From Phyllosticta citribraziliensis (lineage: Eukaryota), in NCBI RefSeq assembly GCF_038025025.1, contig NW_027117341.1:868001-932000 (forward strand): a stretch of 64,000 nt of DNA, in the 5' to 3' direction. A program made the translations under genes and the position numbers. Positions 1 through 15,511 of the stretch are shown one piece after another. The notes beneath the pieces were generated by a model that saw only the letters and a program-made list of their open reading frames with translations, was not told the DNA's origin and ran no database searches. Within the stretch, counting starts at the first letter, position 1. The number at the start of each line of letters is the position of its first letter.

Positions 1-701
1 CCGAAACCCATTCCGTAGGTGCTTCCGCCTTGGGGTCAACGCCCTCCTCCAAAGCTGCGCTGCCGCCCTCGGTTTCGGCCGCGGGGAACGCGGTGCCACG
101 GACAGTTATGACCTTGATGCTGTCGCTTGATTGTACGGTGAGAATGGCATTTCCGGCGTAGATGGGGCGGACAAAGGCTGGCTCGTCAGCACGGCTGATA
201 CCCAAAAAAGGAAGGAATGGGCTGCTCACTGTCTTCGCTCTCAATGCCGGTAATATCTGAAATTTGTTGCGTGTCGAGGAGCGCAGCAACGCGGGGTAGC
301 AGGTTCTTGCCGAAGGCAGAGTGGCCAGCGAGGACGTGAGTGAAGCCGCTCTTCTTGATATTCTCGACAAGCAGCGGCGCGTAGTTCTCGGGGAGTCCTT
401 TTTCATATGCCGCATTGTCGACGTAGACAACCTTTTCCAGTCCCTTTATCTTGGCTGCTTGCTCCGCGACGGACTTGACATTGTTGCCCGCAATAAACGC
501 AGTGACGGGACCGCCGAGTTTCTGTGCTGCCGAGACGGCGGTGAGAGAGCCGTGGTTGAGCTTGCCGTCCCTCTGTTCCAGCAGTGCCAGAGTCGAGAGT
601 AATCTGGCGAGGAGCGAGTGCTGGTTGTGCGTAACCGGGCGGACTTGGTTGAATTGAGCGCGGGCTTGCCGCAGGGCCGTGTTGCGAGCTGCCGAGAACA
701 T
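1..701 (-). CDS. ETFA: Electron transfer flavoprotein subunit alpha, mitochondrial (5' part; continues off the window start)
   Basis: ATG at 701 gives a presequence-like MFSAARNTALRQARAQF. ETF-alpha motifs are present: THVLAGHSAFGKNLLPRVAALLDTQQISDI and, after intron 178-229, TFVRPIYAGNAILTVQSSDSIKVITVRGTAF. Confidence 0.95.
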
Positions 702-1196
702 GGCTTGGGTGCGCAAAATGTGTGAGAGCGGAGAGGGAGGGTAGATGGACAGAGTCGGAGGTCGAGTGAGGCAAGAAAAGATCGGAGAGATGGTCAACAA
801 GGTGTGAGCGACGAATGCTCCGGGGTCGGCCAGTCCCAGTCCGAGGTTATGCTCCAGAGCTTCATATGCTCCGCTATGCCGCTTTGGTCCTGGCGTCGCT
901 TGGCGGCCGTCGCGGAGAGGCCCAGCCGCGCGCTGAAGAAGTTACGACGCAGCTCCCGTCGACCACGACCTGGACGCGCCTGGCATCACCCAACTCTTCA
1001 CCTTTCATTCGCCCGTCCCCATCCCGGCCCTCACTGCAGCTTGTCAACATCTTCAGCACGCGCTCGCGAACGTGTCCTTCTCGCCGCCGACACATCTCAA
1101 CTCGCCCGTCCGCGCGTCCGATCGCAACGTTCACACCTCGACCACCTCCAGCCACAGGGCCGTCGCGCCAAGCTCCATTCTTTTAAACAAATCACA
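702..1196. promoter_or_regulatory. Short divergent (probably bidirectional) promoter region between ETF-alpha and RSC8/SWI3
   Basis: Head-to-head start codons lie about 495 bp apart. No individual binding sites were identified. Confidence 0.5.
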
Positions 1197-3747
1197 ATGG
1201 CCGACGATCTGGCGGGTGCAGACACTGGCCTCCCTCCTACTCAGGAGCTTGATGCTTCTACCTCTGCAAACGAGACCAACACGGCCACTCCAGCCGCCGA
1301 AGCTCAACAAGACCAAAGTCAAGGTACGTGACGCCAGTGCTTGACAATTGGCCTCCGCGGCCACTTTGTCACTCCTTCCACGCCATAGCTCTCAAAAGTT
1401 CTCAACCAAGTCGCGTCTCCCACTGTCCTACCGTAGCTCGTTGCGTCCGACCTTGAGCATGGGGCGCAGGTTATACGGAGCAACCGCATCCATCCCATCC
1501 TCCTCAATGGCTTGTCTTGCCTGCTTGGATAGCTGCTCCATCAACATTGGTTTTGGCATCGAGGACTTGAAGCACACAAGATGCACCTGCAGCTGACTGC
1601 AACCAGACGCAGACACAGCCATGGGCGAAGACGCACCGGATGCGCCTGCGCAAAAGGACTCGGACGACACCCCCGCTCCTGTTTCCGACAATCCCCTTGA
1701 TGCTCCAGACGGACCACGGCCTGAGAACGAGGATGCCGAGGTCGCGGAAGACGAGGAGATGGGCGGCATGGAAGAACCCAAAAAAGAGACCGGGAGTCCG
1801 GAGAAGGAGGTCGGCGACACGGCAGATGCGATAGCAGAAGAGCCTGTCCAGACGAAATCTGCCCTCGAAAGCCAGGCACGCTCCCATCTCATTGCGCAAA
1901 CCCACGCCATCATCCTGCCAAGCTACAGCACTTGGTTTGACATGAACACCATCCACAACATTGAACGCAAGGCCTTGCCGGAATTTTTCAACAGCCGCAA
2001 CAGAAGCAAGACACCAGCAGTCTACAAGGACTACCGAGACTTCATGATCAACACGTACCGGCTGAACCCTGCAGAGTACTTGACTGTGACTGCCTGCAGG
2101 CGCAACCTAGCTGGAGACGTCTGTGCCATTATGCGCGTGCACGCTTTCCTTGAGCAGTGGGGGTTGATAAACTACCAGGTTTGTGGACACGGCGCAGCTT
2201 AGGACTGTACTGACATTAAAAAGGTCGATCCGGATACAAGACCCTCAAACATTGGGCCGCCTTTTACTGGCCACTTCAAGATTACTGCCGACACTCCCCG
2301 AGGCTTGCAGCCGCACCAACCGGCGCCCAAGTCCTTGATCACTCAAGGAAAGCCTCTCACAGCCACCGACCGCCTTGCCAGTGCCACGCCTGCTTCCAAG
2401 GAAGATCTCAACCTTGAAGTCCGTAGAAATGTCTACGAGGCTAATGGAAAAGAGGTTACACCAGCGGATTCCAAGGACAAGCCTGCCAACGGTGATGGCT
2501 CAGCACCGAATGGCACCTCCCTCGCAGACAGCAAAACTCTTGTGGACGTGCTCAAGGAACCTGGCAGGCAGGTCAACTGCTACTCGTGTGGAATCGATTG
2601 TACCCGGGTTCACTACCACAACGCCAAGTCGGCGCCCCACTCAGCCTCTGGAAAGACGGCTCAACTGCTCAAGTACGATCTGTGTCCCAACTGTTTCCTC
2701 GAGGGCCGCTTTCCTGCATCGAGCCAAGCATCAGACTACACCAAGATCGAAAACGACAAGTATTCTGGAATTCCTGACCGCAACGCGCCTTGGACAGACG
2801 GCGAGACTCTGCGACTGCTCGAGGCCCTCGAGATGTTTGATGACGACTGGAACTCCATTGCCGAGTACGTCGGTAACCGCTCGAGGGAGGAGTGTGTTTT
2901 GAAGTTCCTCCAGCTCGAAATCGAAGACCAGTATCTCGAGGCTGAGGAGACCTCCAACAAGACTGATCTTCATGGCGGCAATCTCGCGTATTTGAGCAGC
3001 GGACGCTTGCCCTTTTCCCAGGCGGACAACCAAGTCATGTCGGTGATGAGCTTTTTGGCTGGCCTGGCAGACCCCCGTGTGGTTGCTGCCGCTGCTGGAA
3101 AGAGCTCAGAAGAGATGAAGCAGGTTCTTCGCGAGAAGCTCGAAAAGGGCGACTCTGAGAAATCTGACAAGGGCAAAGAAAAGGAGAAGGAAGTCTCTGC
3201 CGCGCCCGCTTCGGGCGAATCCGAAGTTAAGAACGAGGATAACATGGAGCTTGACTCGGCTTCCCAAGAGGCCGGAGTCGTGGCCAAGTCACGAAAGGAC
3301 ACTGGCTCTAGCAATCCATTGGCCACAGTCCCTCTCGCCCTTTCCGGAGCGCGCGCATCCGCACTCGCCTCTCACGAAGAGCGCAATCTGTCTCGCATTG
3401 TATCGTCTGCAGTTAACATGCAGTTGCAAAAGATGCAGCTCAAACTTCAACAATTTTCAGAACTCGAGCACGTCCTCTCGGCAGAGCGTAGGGATCTTGA
3501 ACGCCGCAGGGAGCAGCTATTCTTGGATCGCGTGGCTTTCCAAAAGCGGATGCGCAACGTCGAGGATTCTTTCAGGAGAGCGATGACCCTGAGCCCTCAG
3601 GATGGCATGAAGATTGTGCAGGAAGCAGTGCATGGTCCCAACGCGTTTGGAGATAAGCTAGGAGCAAAGCCAGTTGATGAAGAGGAGAGCGGCGAAGTCA
3701 AATCTTTCGCAGAAGGCGAGGACGGGGTCAAAGCAAACGAAATCTAA
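1197..3747 (+). CDS. RSC8: SWI/SNF / RSC complex subunit of the RSC8/SWI3/Ssr2 family (SWIRM, ZZ-like Zn finger, SANT, coiled coil), ~740 aa
   Basis: Exons 1197-1323, 1607-2178 and 2224-3747 join in frame. [32 protein letters not shown]...[10 protein letters not shown]. Zn finger: CYSCGIDC...[52 protein letters not shown]. Also LPFSQADN and a C-terminal leucine zipper. Confidence 0.93.
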
Positions 3748-4535
3748 GGTTCCGGATTCTGATTGGAGTAATTGACAAAAACAAAGAGCTTACGCAAGGA
3801 CGGTGTCCTGGATGTTGGAGGCTAGAGGCGTTTACTCACGATGCTGAGGATCATGGCGCAGGTAGGATTTCCATCGGAAACGGATCGAGGTAGGCTCTTA
3901 GGTCGAGGAGCCTGCTGCTTCTTTACATGCTTTACTAGTCGCCGAATTGATGATTTATTCAGGTTTGGTCCAGTCGTTCGCAGCGGAGTGAGCCGCATCT
4001 TTCGCACATCAATCCCTCCCAACCGTATCCAACGCTCTACCATGCGCTGAAATGTGGAGCAGTACCAGCCAGAGTATCGAAATCTGGAGCAGCACCTGCA
4101 GCGGCAGCTCCGTCTCCGGTCTCCGCCTGCGGGCAGTCGACCTGGGGCGGTGCAACGATGCTATCCTGAGATTGTGACCAACCACGTATTCACGCAGCCG
4201 ATGATTATCACATCTCTGTCAATCCACCACTCCATCGGAAAGACGGCCGCACGACAGCCGCAAGACCCTCCCAACATGCCCGCTATCCCACCCAAGCATC
4301 CATGTCTCATACTCGATACCAAGCCTTACAACCTCTCGGAAAGCACAAATAGTCTCCGTTGACTCTAAATTCCCCACCTTTTCCCCTCCTCGTGCCCCAC
4401 ATTCTGCTGCGAATCGGATCCCCGCCTTATTATGGTTATGCAGGTCATGTTTAACATTTAGGTCCCTTGACGTCTCAAATCCGCTGCGACACTTGCGGAA
4501 TCCTTCTTGGCCTCTCTTCAAATACAGGAACCAAC

Positions 4536-6495
<1,960 letters not shown>

Positions 6496-7169
6496 GGGTG
6501 TGGTGGGGACGTGGTGGGGTGCTGCCTTGCTGCTGTGGTGTTTATTGGACGTGCAATGGGAGAAACGAATCATGTTATGTATGTAGGCTTGCTTATACCA
6601 ACTGTCTTTTCAATTTTCTCTAGCGGGTCTTCTGAGCTGCCCTTTACAATGGCTCCTCCGTTCTGCAGTCGTCTTGACCGACGAAGGGAATAGCAAAAGA
6701 GCGCAGCATAAGGGAGTAGAGGCATCATATGCCGACCTCGCGAACCCCTCTTTCTAGCAAATTTAAAACGATAGAAATCTAGCCTTTTGCAATTTGATGT
6801 GTACAAGGAAATCATCGAGTCACCAATGAGGGTATAAATGCAACGTAAAAAGCAAATAGCAGCAAAGTGCAAAACCAACCTCTCCAAAGAAAGCAGCAAC
6901 AGCCAGCCAACGCCAAGCATCATACTTTTGGAAAAGAACAACGAGTCAAAGGACGGAATAGAAGTGGAGTGGGAGAGGGAACCGACAAGATAGGAAAAGA
7001 GACGCAAGTGACAGACAAGAAAAGGTAAGAAGGCAGTAAGCTTGAGGCAAAAAGCACGATTGAGTCCACCCAAAAACATAAGAGACGCGAATCCCATCCC
7101 AAGACAGCCATGAAACAACGTAAGAACCTAGCTTCCACTCATGAGTGGACTTGAGCGGCCATCACTCAC

Positions 7170-7976
7170 TCAATACTCACTCCAATGGCCGCCCCTACCC
7201 ACCTCAACCACGTCTTCGGTCGCCAGCCGCCGCCTCTCGCGCTCGCGCTCCCGCCACCCGGCGCACGACGTTGCCACTTTGGTGCGGAATTGCTTGAGTT
7301 TGGACGTCGAGCCTAACGGCTCCCGTGACCCCGACGCAGCAGCCGCGTCATTGGTCGCCCTTGCGTCTTCTTGTCTGTGTCTTTCGGCGGTGGCGGCCGT
7401 GGAGGAGTGGCAATGATTATGTTGGTAGTCGTGATGGTGCTCGTAGTGCTGGGGCTGCCCCAGACTCTGCGTCTGTCTGTGGCCAGGAGTGTAGGTTTGC
7501 TGCGCATACGGATTCCGGGCTGCAGGCCGCGATTGCGAGCGCGGTGCCCTGCCGTTCTCGCACTCGTCACTTGCGCCCATGCTTCCTGTGTCGGTGGGCT
7601 CGGAAGTGGTGATGGTGGCCGGCAGCTCGGACACGGACGAAGCGCGCGGCCGCCGCGTGCGCGAGCGGTGCAGCACTTGGCCGGGAACTGGTGAGCGAGG
7701 GAGACCGTGAGAGGAAAGGGGTGTCCAGCGGGGAGATTGCTGCTGCTGGTGAAGGTCTCTGGGATTTTGTTGTTCTTGATGGTGAGATGGCGATGGTGGC
7801 AAGGATTTGGATGTGTCGACAGGGGTGGCGTAGGGGGAGAGATGCGTGAAGTGCGCGCTGTAGCGTGGAGGAGGCGAGGATCTCGACGTCGAGTAGAGAG
7901 ATGTCGATGTCGTCGTCGTTGAGAAGGAAGAAGTGCTCGAAGCAAAGGTGGAGGAGGAAGAAGACCGGCTGCTCAT
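7170..7976 (-). CDS. Hypothetical Ser/Pro/Gln/His-rich protein, 268 aa
   Basis: Single ATG-initiated 268-codon ORF, mostly low complexity, with an ordered-looking C-terminus (KLKQFRTKV...RRRLATEDVVEVGRGGHWSEY). No family recognised. Confidence 0.45.
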   Translation of the reverse strand: MSSRSSSSSTFASSTSSFSTTTTSTSLYSTSRSSPPPRYSAHFTHLSPYATPVDTSKSLPPSPSHHQEQQNPRDLHQQQQSPRWTPLSSHGLPRSPVPGQVLHRSRTRRPRASSVSELPATITTSEPTDTGSMGASDECENGRAPRSQSRPAARNPYAQQTYTPGHRQTQSLGQPQHYEHHHDYQHNHCHSSTAATAERHRQEDARATNDAAAASGSREPLGSTSKLKQFRTKVATSCAGWRERERERRRLATEDVVEVGRGGHWSEY

Positions 7977-10244
7977 TGCAGAGTGTTGGTGAGGCCGACG
8001 GGCGGCTTGGTGTTGTTTCGATCGGTACGAAGTTTTTCAATCGTGAGGAGCGGCGAGTGATTAGTGCGAGTGGGTGGCAGTGTCTTCGATAAGTTGGTAC
8101 AGTAGTCTCTTGAGATGGTGGTGTTCTGGAAGGAAGAAGGTGACTAGAGTGATGAAGCAAGAGGCGGCAGATGTCAGGATGTAGACCAATGACGAAAAGA
8201 CAGGGCCATCCCAACCAGCCTGCGGCTCCCGACTCTTTTATTCTCCGTCAGTCAACCGCAGGCCGGTGCTACGCCACATGCCAACTTTGGCGTGGCTCCG
8301 CAAATAATTCGCCTACGAACCCAACGTACCTTACTCAAGCGGCTCGCAGCAATCCCCAGCCAGGAAGCATATCGAAAGATGGAAAGGAGTCATGGTGCCA
8401 TCTATTTTCCTGCTTTGCCTGTGTGCCTGGCTGCCTGCGAGGCTACGTAGGTGGGTGCATATAGTGCACCGCCGCACAAGGCAGCATCATGGTCGAGCAG
8501 TCCCACGAGGCTGACTGCATGGTGAGTACAGACCAAATCACTCACGCAAAGAGCAATCTGCCTTGTCCAGTGTAGACACGAGCACCAGAACTTACTCAGG
8601 TCAACATACCCAGCAACATCAGACAGGCCATGAAGCGGTGTCGAGCACCCCATGTCCAGCCCTCGTCGACGCCCACCTACCTAGCCAGGCTTAGACACGC
8701 AGAGATACCCTGTCTAAACAACACAACAAGTCAACAACAACGCGGCAAGACAAGCGTTTGCGCGGCGCTTCCCCTGCCCGCGAACGCGCTATCGCTCAAT
8801 CCGACCAGCTGTGCCTCACCCACGTCGCGTGTCGATTCTTCCTTCCTCAAAACCCATGCTCTTGTCTTGACCGGCACGGCCAGGATAGCGGCGATCGTCG
8901 TTCGTTTGTTGCGTCCGTCGACAGACCGCACGGTATGTTCCTGCCAGCTAAGCGACCCAATTGAGGCGCTGTGATGGGTGCGGCTCTGCGACACGCGCTG
9001 CTCTGATTGGACCGCTCGCTCCGTTCCGGGCTGCCTGGGTGGTGTGGTTCTGTGACGGCAGAACTGGAAGGAGGGCAGAGCGGCCGTTCCGTGCAGCTAA
9101 TCCGCAATTGACCGAAGCTCGAGCGCATCGCATCTCCGGTCAAAACTCTGTGGCGAGACTACATGGATAGGTACATAGAATGTATTTCGGGCAAGCAGCG
9201 ACGTGCGTGGCTGAGCAAGCGTTGGCAGGCGCAGCGAAGAACCGAAGTTGGTGTCGTTGACACCACGGGATCAAGTCGTCAGAAACGCTTGCTGCAACGC
9301 CGCTCGCCATGGATCGGGCACGTTTGTTGTGAAACAGGCCCCGTTTGACTGTTGGAACGCGACCGTTGTGTTTCCGTTGGCGAGTCTGTCTGTCTAGTTT
9401 TGGCGTCCGTCTGCCGGCGGGTGTTTGGCTACGGACGGACGGCCCGACCCACTTCCACTTCCGCTTTGGGATCATCCTGGATATGTGTTGCGCTTGTACC
9501 TGGCCCGCCACGCCTGGCCTTACCCCCTTTGCCCGTATAGCACGGCAGTCCTAAATTCAAATGGCTTCTTGTTCGTGGCCCCCATCTTCTTTCACATGAT
9601 GGACACCGCCACGGGAAACCCTGCGTGACGCATGCATGCACGAGGAGTTCTCGCGAGGCTGAATTCTCCACGTTGGTTGAGGCCGGGCGTCGGAACGTTT
9701 TCCGAGCCTCCAAACCCGTTGACTGAAAAGAACGAGCAACGCGCGCTGAAAGTGGGGTGTGGGGTACTGGGAACCGGCATTGTCAACATCGAGGGATCCA
9801 TTGGCATGGACAGGCGGGGTTGGTTGGGGTGCATTCTGAGCGATGGTTATAACTTGAAGCACGCATGTCATCCACGCTTCTTGGTATGCTGAATATCGTT
9901 GTTTGTAAGCCCCTGCCTGGATTTACGCAGGCAAGGGGAGAATGCAGGGTATTGTTCAGTGTGTCGTCGTGAAATCCGTGACAGGTGCAAAGAGAAACTG
10001 AAACACCCCACGCAAAGTGTGCATGCATACCCTCCATCAGAATATGTGATGCCGATCGAATGCTTGAATGCTCGAAAAAATCATGTGTCCCACTCCCCAT
10101 TTTTGTTCGCCAATATGCCCGAAACAGTCCCTCTGATGCAATTTTGACAAGAATGACAAAAAAAAAAAAAAAAAAAGGAAAAGAAAAGAAAAGTAGTCCG
10201 AAAACCCCATGCGAGGGAAACGTAAGACTCGCGAGAACACGTGC

Positions 10245-11922
10245 CTAGACGTCTTCCTTGCTCTTCTTCTTCTTCTTTTGCACGCTCTCGTGTGCCGCCT
10301 TCTTGGCGTCGGCCATCTGCTCCATCGTCTGGTGCGGACGCGCGCGCAGCCTCTCTCTGATCTGTCCCATGCTCCTGTGTGCCCAGGCCTGGTAGCCGTT
10401 TTGGCTAAAGGGGAAGAGCACCAGGTTGTCTTGGCGGGCAAAGAAGGCATCAATCTTTGGCGGCGGTGCGCTGGCGATGATGTCGATCTCGCTAGCAATC
10501 TGGTTGCAGTAGTCGTCGAGCTAGAGGCTGTCAGTTGGTGTTTGGGGGAGTTGGTAAAGGATGAGCTTACCGGCAGGTCATTGACGTCAGAGCCGTAGGG
10601 GTTCTCGAGCTCTCGGCCAATGTACTCGAAGCCGAGGATGATGTAGGCTGAGACGCACGTGGCGGGGATGGTGATCCACGACAGGGCAGGCCAAAGCTGG
10701 AAGGGGAGAAGGGCGCAGTACAGCATGGTGATTTGGCTGATGCAGATGGAATAAGCAATGGGAAGAGGAGTGTTCAAGACACGCTCGGTGCCGACAAGGA
10801 TGTCATTCAGTTGGGTGATCATGAGGGCTGGAAAAGCAAATCAGAAACTGTCTTGGGTTGAGAGGGAGTAGTCGACTTACTGCACTGGACCTGGTGGTAT
10901 GCCTTGAGAGCCTCAGACTCGACTAGCGAGTCGACATATCTGCAGAGATAGCTGAGGATCTCAAGGGGGAGGTTGCCCACGGGCTTCTTGGCGCGCTTGA
11001 GCAGCTTGCGAGGGTTAGATTGGGCCATTGAGATGCCGAGGTACTCTCCGGTGCGCTTCACGGCAGACTTGCGCTGAGGAAGCAGGAGTGCAGGATCCTC
11101 GGCCTCCTTGGCAAAAGTGTCCAAGTGCTGCACCAGGCCATGCAGATCCTCATAGTGCATGTAGGGCTCGAAGCGCAGCTTGTGCTTGAGGGAATTGGCA
11201 AAAGCAACAATAAGATTGAGAGCAGATCTGCGGGCGTGTCAGCGGAGGCTTGGGAAAAGCAACGCGTGTGGCTTACAGCTTGTTGAGGACGTCCTCCTTT
11301 CCCTCTTCGCCCTCGCGCTCCGAGGCCGAGACCCAAATGTCGCGAGCAAGTGTTTGCGAGACGAGCATGAGCTGTGCCCAGTACTTGCGGCCCTCGCCGT
11401 AGCGTTCGTATGAGGTGGAGCTGCGAAAGGAGATGGCCAAGGAAATGGTGAAACCGAGGACGGTGAGTAAGATGTTGTCGACACCCAGCGGGTAGATGAA
11501 GTGGGAGATGCAGGAGATGAGGGATGCCCAGAGACCAAACAGAGTAATGGGGAGGATCAACTCTGGGAAAATGCTGCCGTGCATTCGCATGAAGAGGGGC
11601 CATTTGGAGTGCTTGTCTATGGAGCGGGGGCCTTGCTGAGAGGGGGTTAGTGGCAAAGTGATGGTAGTGGTGGAGTACGGGCAAGACTTACAAAGTAGTC
11701 GTCAAGGTCAAGACTCTTGCTCCTGTTCTTGCGACGGATGACGGGGGGAGCCTGAGGAGAGCGAGTCTCTTCGAGGGGTCGGGAGTCCATGTCGACGGGG
11801 TCGCAGGCGGTGCCATTGCTGGAGGCGGGCTTGATGTGGTGTTGGTCGGATTGGATTTCGTGCTGGTTGAGGGTCATGTCAGACTTCTCCCGCTTGGGAG
11901 CAGAGTAGTCGCAGTCGCCCAT
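10245..11922 (-). CDS. Bestrophin-like / UPF0187 (YneE-type) membrane channel protein, ~489 aa
   Basis: Exons 11922-11692, 11635-11277, 11227-10881, 10827-10571 and 10520-10245 join in frame. Motifs: LLTVLGFTISLAISFRSSTSYERYGEGRKYW, KHKLRFEP, ERVLNTPLPIAY, IGRELENPYGSDVNDLPLD. Confidence 0.9.
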
Positions 11923-12899
11923 GGTGTCGAGGGTCGAGATTGAGAGGGGTGGGGAGGGAATTGAAATTCTGGAGCGCGGTCTGGTCTGGGGGGGCATTTT
12001 AGAACCAAAGACCCCTGGCGCACACGCGCACTGACGTCCGGCAGCTCGACCAGTCTGGTGGAACGCCTTTCCTTCCAGCAGGGCTCTGCCTGCACCCCCC
12101 AAGCCCACTTGAAACACCGCCGACAACCACCCGCCGCCCGAGGAAACCCATCGGATTGTCTATCAGAATACACGTCGACATGTACATTCATCGCCTCCTC
12201 CACCGCCCGTGGCTCAGCTCTGTCGTCGCCGTCGTCGACTCTAGCTGTGGACTGTCCGTGATCGCCTCCAGGGCCCAGCGATCCTCAACCACCCACAGAC
12301 CCACCCACCGCACCACCACCACCTCCACCTCCACCTCCACCTCCACCACTGCTCTACACATGCACAGCAGCAACAAGGGAACAGAGCTGCCCGGAATAGC
12401 TGGCTCCATGCGGGTGGCGCCCGCCAACGCCCTGCCAAGCGGCCGTCCGTCTCACCACTACACTCTCAGCGAATCCCGGCGCTGCTCCCTGACGCCTGCG
12501 CTCTGCATGTCCATTCCTGTGCTCTTCGACATTCGTTGACTCGCTGTCCTGCGCGCTTTGGCTGCACCTCGATGGCCATCCGTCGTCTCGATCGCGCCAC
12601 GTCTGGAGTCAACGTTCAAGGCGACCTTTCTGCTTGGCCACGGCCCCACCGACGAGCGTTGCGTCGATTCTAGAACCGCGTGTCGCACTCGGCTCTACCG
12701 GACCACTGCCTGGCCTCGTCTCAGGCATCATGGAGCCCTCTCCGCTCCGAGCTCCATCTCGCCGAACTTCTGCACTTCCAGACTTCGTGTTTCTCAAAAC
12801 TTCCCTTATTTTTAGTCTCTTTTATACCATGGCGGCCCGCGCCTCGTCAACGGCCAAACACCTGCTCCTTCCAAGCCACCACGGCTACGTCCGCCCTTT

Positions 12900-14800
12900 C
12901 TTCGCTCGCTGGATTCTTGCTCGTGCCCCCACGCCTTCTTCACCAACCTCCTTCGTCATTCCGTATGCGTCCCACCCACCAGTTCATGCAAGGCCCGCCA
13001 TTTGCTCTTCCTTACTTGCGTCTCTGACATGACCGTTACCGAAAAATCCAAGGAACAATCGACGTGTCGCGTCCATGGCAGGTCCCCAATACGGCTCCGG
13101 CAAGTAGAAAATCCCGCCCTTTCGCGCAGCCTCATTGGTCAACCGCTCATCAAATCCGTGCTCGCCAATAAAGGCGGCCACCTCTCCGGGCCCGTCTATC
13201 TCTTTGGTGCTTGTCCATCCAATCGATCAATGTCGTTGCACCGCATTGATGCTCTGCCCAGGTCGTCCTGTAGAGAAACCTGGCCCTACCAATGTGACCA
13301 CCAACTTCAGTGGTCGAGGCTGGTGTTCAAGATATCCCAACTCGGTGTGCCAATCGTCGACGTACTAAAAAATGGCCCGCAAATCCAAATTTCAAGGCCA
13401 TCGTAGCAAGATCTGGGAGCCAAAAGGCCCGTTGGCTCCTCCTCAATCGGCAGAAACCGGCCATCAGTCCAAATCCAAGACATCCATCAGCGGCTCAACG
13501 AGCGCATCGACATTGAGAGATGTGTACTCGAGCCATTGTTGAAAAGCCATTTTGCACAAGGCACCCGATCTCCCATGTCTAAGAGTATGGCCAATCTGGT
13601 CAGTCATCATCTGTGGGGTCCAGGTGAAACCCCAGTAGGCGAATTGCGCGTCGTGGCCCGGGCGGATCTTGACAGGGTCGACAACGTCTAGAACGTGGGC
13701 TGGAACATTGTCCTGAAGAATTCTGAACCGGCCCCTGGTGGAGAGGATGCCCTCGGTGTTGTCGCTGCTGTGCCAAACATCTTTCTGGTAGGGCTGCCTG
13801 CGTCACGCCTGGCCTTTTCTCGCCGCGAGATTAGGTTCTCTTTTATCTTCTGGCAGTCCATCTCCTGGCCTCGAGCCGATCTCGCCAAACCAGATGTGCT
13901 CTTCCCGCAGGCTTTCGAGAGTCTTGGTCGCATGTTCGGAGTTCGGTTGCTGAAACCCGTGGAATGCCCGTGGCTGGATGGCGTGGGGGATGTGGTCGCG
14001 GTGGCGTCCGACATCAGCCAGATTCGCGTCTGTTAGCGGCGCGCGGCCTTCGGGCGTCAAATCTACTGCGGCTGAAGAAGAATCACGATCGTCGCCCTTG
14101 TCATGTCCACCCAGCGAGGGCGTCGGGTCCTCACATCTTGGTCACTTTGGCCCCGGTGAGACGGACCAAATCGCTCCGTGTGCTCGTCTTCAATTTCTCC
14201 CTTTTTGCTACGCTCGCCCTCTTCAAGGCAGTCTTGACCCTCTCTGTTGTCCTGCTGATCGATGTTGACAATAGCGTACATGACGCTTCTGAGCTCGTTC
14301 GCACGGCTAAAGCGATTCGCGACGTGATATCTCTGCCTCCAGCAAAGCCGCATGTGCTCTCAATCACAGGCGATCGATCCGATAATGCGTAGAGTCTTGA
14401 CCGATTGGTGGACTCTTTTCAAAGGTTCGATTCGAGGTTGCAAGTGTTTCTTACAGGTAGGAAAGGAGCTTTTACAGGCCGGCGCAAGTTTGTTGGTGAG
14501 TGCACTTTGCCAGTGCAGGCACACCAGATGCCAACATCATGTCGCTGTGGGCCATATTGCAGACATATTGAACCCGATTGGAACGCTCTGGCGCTTCCTG
14601 TGCTTTTCTTTTCGGGCCAGGTCAAGGGGATCCAAACTGAAGTGGACTTTGGCAGATGGCTTCAAACCCTTTCTACCTGGTTCCAAGGAGTATTTGAATA
14701 TCCTGGGAACATTACACGGAGTAGATTGTGCAATATTTCCACTCTCAATCCATCTACATGTTTCTCGCAAATCTTCCTCCAAAACGCAATGTTTTCCTAG
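12900..14800 (-). pseudogene. Possible decayed coding sequence of unknown family
   Basis: Protein-like segments on the minus strand are interrupted by stops (e.g. NLDLRAIF*YVDDWHTELGYLEHQPRPLKLVVTLVGPG...QRH*SIGW...AAFIGEHGFDERLTNEAARKGGIFYLPEPYWG). No long ORF and no recognisable domain. Confidence 0.25.
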
Positions 14801-15511
14801 CGCTTCTTACCCGGAATCACCTGGAGCAAGGACCGGAATACTGACAACAAAGAACAGCTCAATCAAATGATCCGATTTCTGTGGCGATGGAAAATGTCTT
14901 GCTTGGCGAAGTGGTCTAAGGCATAAACTTCACATTTTCACAGCTGGACAAAACTCATGGCTCCACGACAACGGAGAAAAGAAGTCTACAGAAAACACAT
15001 TATCGATTCCAAGTTCTCGTTTAAACGAACAAGGCGTTGACCCCAACATTACCATACCCATAGGTAATGCGATCAGCAGACGACCAGTCCTGTAAGTCGA
15101 GCTCAAGAAAACTTGAATTGCTCTTGTCTCACGTTGTCGGTGTCATCAAAAGGTTACTTTGTGAAAGCTACGGAACATAATCGTTCCGTCAAGAGGACGC
15201 GACTCAATGCTAGGGGTTGCACGCGCCCATCTAGCTAGATACGCGGTGGATGTGGCGGGGATGATTCCACGAATGCATTCCGATGCAAGGGATACAACCA
15301 CCCACCCTCAATCAACGGCCTTCAGGACTCGAGACGCAGCCTCACCTGCTCTCCAGGTTGCATGTGCCGCTTTTGAATCTTTTACTCGTCAGCTCCCTTG
15401 AGGTTCTTCGAAGCCAGGATCCGGCAAACAACGCGACTTTTGCTTCCCGACCCGAAACTCCCAGAGGCTTCATTGTCGACATTCCACAATCAACAAGCGA
15501 CTCGTTCTGTG

